Source: Nostoc punctiforme PCC 73102
GTDB taxonomy: Bacteria; Cyanobacteriota; Cyanobacteriia; Cyanobacteriales; Nostocaceae
Assembly (NCBI RefSeq): GCF_000020025.1
Contig: NC_010628.1
Location: 3,090,001 to 3,122,000 of the forward strand
DNA: 32,000 bases
Direction: 5' to 3'
Below are positions 8,984-16,900 of the stretch, in pieces (within the stretch, counting starts at the first letter, position 1; each line of letters starts with the position of its first letter). The position numbers were made by a program, and so were the translations under genes. A model generated the notes under the pieces. The model searched no databases. It saw only the letters and a program-made list of their open reading frames with translations, and had not been told where the DNA came from.

Positions 8984-11900
8984 ATGTCCTTTAATATCTC
9001 AGCTTGGTCGATTAAAAAACCTGTTCCTACGATAGTTTTATTTTTAATTTTGACGGTTGTGGGTTGGTTCTCCTTTTTATCCTTGGGGATTGATACTAAC
9101 CCAAATATTGATGTCCCAACAGTTTCGATCAAAGTCACCCAACCAGGTGCAGGCCCAGCCGAACTAGAATCCCAAGTGACGAAAAAAATTGAAGATGCCG
9201 TCGCGGGGTTGGGCAATATCGATTTTATGATTTCCACCGTCAGCGATGGGAATTCTAAGACGACAATCAACTTTGTTTTGGGTACAGATAGCGATCGCGC
9301 CACCAATGATGTCCGCAATGCGATCGCTCAAATTCGCCAAGATTTACCCCAAGAGATCAACGATCCAATTGTGGAACGTCTAGACTTTGCCGACGGCCCG
9401 GTGATTACTTACGCGGTTAAATCAGATAAGCGTTCTGTAGAAGAGTTAAGCAATATTGTCGATCAAACTATTAGCCGCGCCTTATTGGGAGTCCGTGGTG
9501 TCGCCCAAATTCAACGTGTGGGTGGAGTTGACCGAGAAATTCGGATTAATCTGAGTCCCAGCCGCTTACAATCTCTGGGTATCACCGCCACTCAGGTAAA
9601 CGACCAAATCCGCGATTTAAACATTAACTTACCTGGCGGACGGGCTGAAGTCGGCGGTAGCGAACAAAGTATCCGCACATTAGGAAGTGCCGCCAGTGTG
9701 GATATTTTGAAAACCTACGAAATCCTCTTACCACAAGGCGGTTCCGTACCATTATCCAGTTTGGGAACTATAGAAGATAAATTTGGTGACGTGCGCCAAG
9801 CTGCTACCTTAAATAATCAACCTGTGGTAGCTTTCCAAGTGTTGCGTAGTACTGGCAGCGTTCTGGTGACAGTAGAACAAGGAGTGAAAGCAGCTGTCAA
9901 AGAACTGGAAAAAACACTTCCCGCAGATGTCAAACTAGATTTGATTTTTACTAGAGCCGATGTTGTTCGCCAATCATACCAAAGCACTATTGATGAATTA
10001 ATTCAAGCTTCGGTGCTGGCTGTCATCGTTATTTTAGTATTTTTGCGGGACTGGCGAGCAACATTAATTACGGCTGTTGCTTTACCATTGTCAATAATTC
10101 CCACTTTCGCAGTGCAGCAAGCCCTTGGTTACACCCTCAACAACATGACTTTGTTGGCATTAGCGCTGGCGGTGGGCAACTTGGTAGATGATGCCGTGGT
10201 GGAAATTGAAAACATGGAACGGCATATCGCTATGGGCAAATCAGCTTGGGATGCTGCTTTTGAATCTGCCGACGAAGTAGGATTAGCGGTAATCGCAAGT
10301 TCAGCAACGATTATTGCCGTGTTTATGCCCGTTGCTTTTATGGGTGGGATTCCGGGACAATTTTTCCAACCATTTGGTGTTACCGTTGCCGTTTCCACAA
10401 TTTTCTCAACTCTTGTCGCGCGGATGGTTACACCGATGATGGGGGCGTATCTTTTAAAAGAGGCAGGGGAGCAGGGGAGCAGGGGAGCAGGGGAGCAGAG
10501 GGAGCAGAGGGAGCAGAGGGAGCAGAGGGGCAGGGGAGCAGGGGGAGTAATAAGATTGTTTAATTTCAAGTTTGCAATCCCAGGTAGAAAGCAGGGAAAC
10601 AGAACACTCAGAACTGACAACCGTCGGGGGTTTCAACCTTATAGATCGTTATTACAATGGGCGTTACGCCATAGATTGACCACAATGGCGATCGCTTTAG
10701 CTTTCTTCATTGCCAGTCTGATGCTGGTTCCTTTAATTCCCAAGGGTTTCGTTGATGATGGCGACTTTGGGATTTCTAACGTATCTATAGAACTACCTCC
10801 AGGTTCGACATTAGAAGACGTTAATAAGGTAGTCACACAGGCAACTGATATCATTCGGCAAAACCCAGTAGTTGAACGTGTACTAGCAACCGAAGAGATC
10901 AATTCTGCAAGCCTGGCAATTAATCTCAAACCTAGAGAAGAACGAAAGATTTCTCAAAAACAGTTTGAGGAACAAGTACGCCCTGACTTTGAGCAAATAC
11001 CAGGAGCGAGAATTAGTTTTCAAAGTCAGTCACCAGGCGACAGTCGGAAGGGTTTATCAATTGTTCTCAGAAGTGAAAATCCCGAAGCATTGAATCAAGC
11101 GGCTGATGCCCTAGAAAAGCAAATGCGATCGCTACCAGGATTGGTAGAAGTGTCTTCGACTGCAAGCTTGGTGAAACCAGAGATTTTAGTAATTCCTAAC
11201 CCACAACGGGCAGCAGATTTGGGAGTGACAGTACAAGCGATCGCTCGGACAGCTTCTCTGGCCACCATCGGCGATAATGAGGCCAACTTGGCAAAATTTA
11301 ATTTAAGCGATCGTCAAATCCCGATTCGCGTACAAATCGATCCGAAAGTGCGGGCTGACATTAACACAATCACAAATCTGCAAGTCCTCAGTCAAAATGG
11401 CAAATTGATTCCCCTAGTGGCAGTTGCAGATATCCGTTTTGGTAGTGGCCCTGCAACCATCAACCGTTACGATCGCGCCCGTCAAGTTGCCGTAGAAGCC
11501 AATTTACAAGGGATTTCTTTGGGAGAGGCAGTAGAAACAATCAACAAACTACCTGTGATGCAAAACTTACCGCCAGGGGTAGTACAGCAACCCTCCGGTA
11601 GCGCCAAAATTATGCAAGAAATTTTTGGGCGCTTTGGTGGCGCGTTAGGGCTGGCATTAATGTGTATCTATGCGATTCTGGTGTTGCTGTATAACAACTT
11701 TCTGCATCCATTATCGATTATGGCGGCCTTGCCCTTTTGTTTAGGCGGCGCACTGGTGGCGTTGATGGTTGCTCAAAAACCATTGGGGATATATGCCTTG
11801 ATTGGTATCGTGTTGCTGTTGGGGATTGTCACCAAAAACTCAATTCTGTTGGTGGATTATACAATCATCAACATCCAAGAAGGCAAAACTCAGCGTCAGG

Positions 11901-12166
11901 CACTCGTAGAAGCTGGCGTGTCACGTCTGCGTCCGATTTTAATGACTTCTCTGGCAACGATCGCCGGGATACTGCCCCTAGCGTTAGGAATTGGCGCAGG
12001 TTCTGAAGTTCGGCAACCAATGGGAATTGCCATTATGGGCGGTTTCACAACTTCCACCCTGTTGACACTGGTAGTAGTGCCAGTGATATTTAGCTACATT
12101 GACAACTTCCAAACTTGGATTATGAATACATTGCGCTGTGGATTTGGCAAGAAACCATCGCGTTAA
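8984..12166 (+). CDS. RND efflux transporter permease (AcrB/AcrD/AcrF family)
   Basis: 1060-aa ORF with two 6-TM halves and large periplasmic loops. The N-terminus is typical (SAWSIKKPVPTIVLFLILTVVG). It is paired with the MFP gene. Confidence 0.95.
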   Translation: MSFNISAWSIKKPVPTIVLFLILTVVGWFSFLSLGIDTNPNIDVPTVSIKVTQPGAGPAELESQVTKKIEDAVAGLGNIDFMISTVSDGNSKTTINFVLGTDSDRATNDVRNAIAQIRQDLPQEINDPIVERLDFADGPVITYAVKSDKRSVEELSNIVDQTISRALLGVRGVAQIQRVGGVDREIRINLSPSRLQSLGITATQVNDQIRDLNINLPGGRAEVGGSEQSIRTLGSAASVDILKTYEILLPQGGSVPLSSLGTIEDKFGDVRQAATLNNQPVVAFQVLRSTGSVLVTVEQGVKAAVKELEKTLPADVKLDLIFTRADVVRQSYQSTIDELIQASVLAVIVILVFLRDWRATLITAVALPLSIIPTFAVQQALGYTLNNMTLLALALAVGNLVDDAVVEIENMERHIAMGKSAWDAAFESADEVGLAVIASSATIIAVFMPVAFMGGIPGQFFQPFGVTVAVSTIFSTLVARMVTPMMGAYLLKEAGEQGSRGAGEQREQREQREQRGRGAGGVIRLFNFKFAIPGRKQGNRTLRTDNRRGFQPYRSLLQWALRHRLTTMAIALAFFIASLMLVPLIPKGFVDDGDFGISNVSIELPPGSTLEDVNKVVTQATDIIRQNPVVERVLATEEINSASLAINLKPREERKISQKQFEEQVRPDFEQIPGARISFQSQSPGDSRKGLSIVLRSENPEALNQAADALEKQMRSLPGLVEVSSTASLVKPEILVIPNPQRAADLGVTVQAIARTASLATIGDNEANLAKFNLSDRQIPIRVQIDPKVRADINTITNLQVLSQNGKLIPLVAVADIRFGSGPATINRYDRARQVAVEANLQGISLGEAVETINKLPVMQNLPPGVVQQPSGSAKIMQEIFGRFGGALGLALMCIYAILVLLYNNFLHPLSIMAALPFCLGGALVALMVAQKPLGIYALIGIVLLLGIVTKNSILLVDYTIINIQEGKTQRQALVEAGVSRLRPILMTSLATIAGILPLALGIGAGSEVRQPMGIAIMGGFTTSTLLTLVVVPVIFSYIDNFQTWIMNTLRCGFGKKPSR
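10461..10547. repeat. G-rich short tandem repeats inside the RND CDS: (CAGGGGAG)x4, (CAGAGGGAG)x3, then further CAGGGG units
   Basis: Read directly. They encode AGEQGSRGAGEQREQREQREQRGRGAGG in the linker between the two transporter halves. Confidence 0.9.
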
Positions 12167-12176
12167 TAATTAATTG

Positions 12177-12203
12177 TAGAGACGGCGATTTATCGCGTCT
12201 TCT
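12177..12203 (+). terminator. Possible hairpin terminator after the RND gene
   Basis: AGACGGCGAT / ATCGCGTCT form an imperfect inverted repeat with one bulge around a TT loop. The downstream T-tract is weak (TCTT). Confidence 0.3.
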
Positions 12204-12345
12204 TAACCAAATCGTATTGCTTCCTTACAGCGTATTTACCCCACCCTAACCCTCCCCTTGCAAAGGGGAGGGAACAAGATTTTCCGGTTTCCCCCCTTGA
12301 CAAGGGGGGATTAAGGGGGGTAATTCGACTTGTGTGTACACCAGA
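12195..12345. repeat. Hairpin-rich dispersed-repeat element, related to the elements at 12920, 13533 and 17330
   Basis: Contains CCCTCCCCTTGCAAAGGGGAGGG and CCCCCCTTGACAAGGGGGG hairpins. It shares the cttaacc(a/g)aatcgtattg and cttgtgtgtacacc motifs with the other copies. Confidence 0.7.
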
Positions 12346-12525
12346 GAGGTTAATTTCCCTACTCCCAATTCCCTTAAATACTGTGCGATCGCATTTACCA
12401 CTGGGAATCATAACAAACAGATTCACCAGAGTAAATATACAATGGCTTACCAAAACATCACCGCTTCCCTTTCCCCAGCAGATATCCAATAAATTAAAGC
12501 AGCCTTTGCGACTATCCAAGCAAAG

Positions 12526-12918
12526 ATGCCCTTTCTCGTAACCCTGAGTGCAGAAGAACGACGTAACTTATTTAAAATGGGCGATAAAAGACTAGCTTTT
12601 GTCAACAATAGCCTGATTGCTGCCCAATCTAACCGAGACATTTTACCAGCCAGCTTTGATTTAGATGAGTTCATCCGGGATTATCAACTAGCCGCCACGC
12701 TTACCGAAGTTTTGATTGGACTGCGACAACTGACAGAACAAGTAGATGATACCTTAATGGCAGTTGGTAGCGAAGCAATGGGCAGCAGTTTGACAGTTTA
12801 TGATTACGTCAAGACAGCTGCTAAGAAAACTCCAGGGTTAAAAATAATAGCTGAACAATTAGGCGAACGCTTTAAAGCGATTAAAAAGAAACCTGCTAAA
12901 GCTGCTGTCGATTCTTAA
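12526..12918 (+). CDS. Conserved hypothetical protein; possibly N-terminally truncated by an in-frame TAA at 12490-12492
   Basis: 130-aa ORF. In the same frame upstream, ATG 12442 gives MAYQNITASLSPADIQ-stop-IKAAFATIQAK, which runs directly into MPFLVTL... and reads like native protein. Confidence 0.6.
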   Translation: MPFLVTLSAEERRNLFKMGDKRLAFVNNSLIAAQSNRDILPASFDLDEFIRDYQLAATLTEVLIGLRQLTEQVDDTLMAVGSEAMGSSLTVYDYVKTAAKKTPGLKIIAEQLGERFKAIKKKPAKAAVDS

Positions 12919-12919
12919 A

Positions 12920-13133
12920 GGATTTTTTAAAAGCCTTTAGTGATGTAGCAAATACTTTGAGATCCCCCTAAATCCCCCTTAAAAAGGGGGACTTTGACTC
13001 CGGTTCCCCCCTTCTTTAAGGGGGGTTAGGGGGGATCTCCAATGACTATGCACAAAAAGCGTGACTTTGACTCCGGTTCCCCCCTTTTTTAAGGGGGGTT
13101 AGGGGGGATCTCGAATGACTATGCACCAAAACC
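12920..13133. repeat. Dispersed hairpin element copy A (+ orientation) with an internal ~73-bp tandem duplication
   Basis: The run tagtgatgtagcaaatactttgagatccccctaaatcccccttaaaaagggggactttg matches copy C. The gactttgactccggttcccccc...ggggggatctc.aatgactatgcac block occurs twice (12990-13062 and 13063-13133). Confidence 0.85.
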
Positions 13134-13171
13134 CGAGCAGTATTAGTTAGGGGGTATAAACACTAGAAAAT

Positions 13172-13558
13172 ATGACAAATAAACTCAATAGCAGCAATCA
13201 CCATTTACCTTACAATCCAAAGCTTGTAGAAAGAGCGAAAGAACTTCGTAAAAATATGACCCCAGCAGAAAAAAAGCTGTGGTATGAATATTTGAGAAAT
13301 TTTCAATTTCGGGTTTTAAGACAACGACCGATTAATCATTTCATAGTTGATTTCTACTGTCCTACTTTAAAAATAGTGATTGAAGTTGATGGGGATAGCC
13401 ATTTTACAGATGAAAGTCAAGAGTACGATCTAGAGAGAACAAACATTTTGGAAGGCTATGGTTTAAAGATTATTAGGTTTACAAATAGTCAAGTTTTAAA
13501 TCACTTTGATAGTGTGTGTGAGCAGATACAGCGTCTGATCCCCCCTAGCACCCCTTAA
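13172..13558 (+). CDS. DUF559 (Vsr-like) endonuclease domain protein
   Basis: 128-aa ORF with the typical DUF559 run: MTPAEKKLWYEYLRN...FRVLRQRPINHFIVDFYCPTLKIVIEVDGDSH...DLERTNILEGYGLKIIRFTNSQV. The last ~8 codons and the stop lie inside repeat copy B. Confidence 0.85.
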   Translation: MTNKLNSSNHHLPYNPKLVERAKELRKNMTPAEKKLWYEYLRNFQFRVLRQRPINHFIVDFYCPTLKIVIEVDGDSHFTDESQEYDLERTNILEGYGLKIIRFTNSQVLNHFDSVCEQIQRLIPPSTP

Positions 13559-13745
13559 AAAGCTACGGTGTACACACAAGTTTTCTAGAGTTGCGCCATA
13601 GGCTTTTGATCCCCCCAACCCCCCTTAAAAAGGGGGGCAAAACCTCTCAAAGTCCCCCTTCTTAAGGGGGATTTAGGGGGATCTCAAAGTATTTGCTACC
13701 GAGGAGAGGACTTTTCAAATATCCTCTTAACCGAATCGTATTGAA
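13533..13745. repeat. Dispersed hairpin element copy B (inverted relative to copies A and C)
   Basis: The reverse complement of 13533-13745 aligns by eye with 17330-17530 over most of its length (roughly 85% identical). Shared runs include ggtgtacaca.aag, gatcccccc..cccttaaaaagggggg and agaggat.tttgaaaag. Confidence 0.85.
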
Positions 13746-13780
13746 AGTTTCCTAAGCAAAATGAGATGTATCTTTTGGTC

Positions 13781-13890
13781 AATGAACCTCAGAACTTTGT
13801 GAATGAACCTCAAAGCATCGGCGATGAACCTCAGAGCTTTGTGAATGAACCTCAAAGCATCGGCGATGAACCTCAGAGCTTCGTTAATGA
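13781..13890. repeat. Tandem array, ~5 x 21 bp (AATGAACCTCARARCWTYGKB), inside a 50-codon ORF (13766-13918)
   Basis: The NEP/DEP codon triplets recur at 13781, 13802, 13823, 13844 and 13865, with a degenerate copy at 13886. The ORF reads MYLLV(NEPQNFV)(NEPQSIG)(DEPQSFV)(NEPQSIG)(DEPQSFV)NESLILAHEH. Confidence 0.9.
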
Positions 13891-13999
13891 GTCTTTAATA
13901 CTCGCCCACGAACATTAAAGGCTCTCAATCAGGAATTAGGAATTGCAAGGTTGTTATTATACTTTTAGCCGCGTGTAATCTGCCACCTTGCCCCAAATT

Positions 14000-16900
14000 A
14001 TGCTCACCATACCCCGCCACACCAGCAGATCGCTCTTTTTCCTTTTCTGTTTCACCCTACTCCTAACTCTCTTCCTCTCCCTACCTTGGGTAAACGCCAA
14101 AGAAACCCCCAAACCCAAACCCCAAGATTGGCAGATTAACGGTATAGTAGCCGCCCTTGATGACGGACACGACCAAGTTAAGAAATCTGCTTTTGACAAA
14201 CTCAATGAATATGATTTGCAAAATTTAAAATCAGTAGTTGAGAAACCAGAAAATATTGCTGACAAAGCCTTCAACATCCTCAAGGATAAATCCGTTGACA
14301 GTGATGTTCGTTCCAGTGCAGCAGTGGCATTGGGAAATCTGGGGGAGGCTGCCAAACCCTACGTCAAAGACATCCTCGACATCCTCAAGGATAAATCCGT
14401 TGACATTAATGTTCGTTCCAGTGCAGCAGAGGCATTGGGAAATCTGGGGGAGGCTGCCAAACCCTACGTCAAAGACATCCTCGACATCCTCAAGGATAAA
14501 TCCGTTGACAGTGATGTTCGTTCCGGTGCAGCAAAGGCATTGGGAAATCTGGGGGAGGCTGCCAAACCCTACGTCAAAGACATCCTCGACTTCCTCAAGG
14601 ATAAATCCGTTGACAGTTATGTTCGTTCCGATGCAGCAGAGGCATTGGGAAATCTGGGGGAGGCTGCCAAACCCTACGTCAAAGACATCCTCGACTTCCT
14701 CAAGGATAAATCCGTTGACAAAGATGTTCGTTCCGGTGCAGCAGAGGCATTGGGAAATCTGGGGGAGGCTGCCAAACCCTACGTCAAAGACATCCTCGAC
14801 TTCCTCAAGGATAAATCCGTTGACAAAGATGTTCGTTCCGGTGCAGCAGAGGCATTGGGAAATCTGGGGGAGGCTGCCAAACCCTACGTCAAAGACATCC
14901 TCGACATCCTCAAGGATAAATCCGTTGACAGTTATGTTCGTTCCGGTGCAGCAGAGGCATTGGGAAATCTGGGGGAGGCTGCCAAACCCTACGTCAAAGA
15001 CATCGCCGACATCCTCAAGGATAAATCCGTTGACAGTAATGTTCGTTACGGTGCAGCATCGGCATTGGGAAATCTGGGGGAGGCTGCCAAACCCTACGTC
15101 AAAGACATCCTCGACTTCCTCAAGGATAAATCCGTTGACAGTGGTGTTCGTTCCGGTGCAGCAGTGGCATTGGGAAATCTGGGGGAGGCTGCCAAACCCT
15201 ACGTCAAAGACATCCTCGACATCCTCAAGGATAAATCCGTTGACATTAATGTTCGTTCCAGTGCAGCAGAGGCATTGGGAAATCTGGGGGAGGCTGCCAA
15301 ACCCTACGTCAAAGACATCGCCGACATCCTCAAGGATAAATCCGTTGACAGTGGTGTTCGTTACGGTGCAGCAGTGGCATTGGGAAATCTGGGCGATGCT
15401 GCCAAACCCTACGTCAAAGACATCCTCGACTTCCTCAAGGATAAATCCGTTAACAGTTATGTTCCTTACGGTGCAGCAGTGGCATTGGGAAAGATAAAAC
15501 AACTCGAATTAAATGAGATTGTGGTAATTCTGGATAGCGTCTATTACGCAGGTCAATCAGAATTTGCACGGTGGCGATTTTTAACCTATTTCCTTGGTGG
15601 CGGCACTGATGAAGTCAAAACACTGCTTACATGGCTGGGGTTTCCTAAAAAAATTCCTGCTTCCTTACCCCATGACCAAGGCGTGAAAACTCTCAACATC
15701 TTTGCCCAAGCCTGGGAACCCAGCCAAGATTTTGCTCGATTACGGGAAGACTTAGCCAAACAAATCGCTGTAGTCGCCAGAAAAGTCTCTTGGCAACCCC
15801 AAGATATTGTTATTTTAGAAACTCACTACAAAAACCTCAAAAAAGCAGGATACAGTGAAACCGACTCACTGCAAGCAGCCATAGTTAACCTCAAAGGTTG
15901 GCAGTGGTTTTTCAACGCCAGAATCACCATCCTCACTCACGCTGCCTTCTGGCTTCTCCTCATCTTTGCCTACCCCAAATCCCCCCAAATCCAAGCCATC
16001 TTCTTCTGGAACCCGTGGGTACGCCGTATTCTCGGCATGGGCTACGTCGGCTTTCTCCTCACCTGGGTTCCCTTTTTCCGCCGCAAATTACTTGAACCCT
16101 TCAAGCCTTCCCTGTTAGCCGATGCCGGGTTAGATAACTTTCATGACCAATCATACTTCCCCCAGTCGCAAGTCAAAGTTACTTCGGGCGACATCCTCCC
16201 CATTACCGCCGCCCTCCCCAGCATCAAAGGACAAATCATCTTAGAAGGTGATTCTGGCTTAGGCAAGTCGATGTTTCTCCGCCATCTGTTGCAAAATCAA
16301 GAGCGCATTGTTGTTTACCTCCCCGCCCAAAAATGCGATAAAGGCGTAATCGAAGCCATTCAAGAAAAGCTACACGGGCAAGCCCAAGATGCGGGCTTCC
16401 TGAAAAACCTGATTTACAGTGGTGCAATTGACATCTGCATCGACGGACTCAACGAAGTCACCGCCGAAACACGGGCGAAAATCTGTCAGTTTGTCGAAAG
16501 CTATTTCCGGGGCAACATTATTATGACAACCCAGCCCCTAGAGTGGACACCACCCTCAACCGCCAAAACCTATTATTTGCAACCCTTAGAACAAAGCCAA
16601 ATTCAAGAATTTTTGCTTTCCCGCCAGCAGCGACTCCCCAAAGATGCCAAAATTCAAGGCGCTGATTACGCCCAAGCCTGCACCAATTATTTAACAGAAG
16701 TCCTCAAAGACCAACAAGCTCAAGAAGAATTAGAGGCTGCCCGTCGCATTCTCTCCAATCCAATGGATTTAACTGTAGTTGCCTTGATGTTATCCCAAGG
16801 CAAACATCCTAATTTATTCCGCCTGCAAGAACAGCAATACAACTTAATGGCGGCAGAATACCTCAAAGAATGGAATCAAGAATTTCCCTTAAAGAAATTC

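Noticed and set aside
10129-10929. Antisense ORFs within the RND gene (163, 60 and 96 aa)
   Set aside because: They lie opposite a strongly supported 1060-aa transporter ORF and are partly repeat-encoded (LCSLCSLCS).
12190-12674. ORFs 12190-12519 (-), 12332-12541 (+) and 12447-12674 (-)
   Set aside because: They run through the hairpin dispersed repeat or antisense to the better-supported 12442/12526-12918 gene. Their translations are repeat-derived (..PPLSRGETGKS..).
14270-15495. Diversity-generating retroelement as the source of the variable codons in the HEAT repeats
   Set aside because: The window contains no reverse transcriptase ORF and no separate template repeat, and the changes are not restricted to adenine positions. 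This remains testable only by looking outside the window.
14231-15502. Long ORFs of 423 aa (- strand) and 419 aa (+ strand, other frame) overlapping the HEAT-repeat region
   Set aside because: Both are by-products of a 105-bp stop-free repeat. Their translations are meaningless low-complexity repeats, while the third frame gives canonical HEAT-like units continuous with the NTPase domain.
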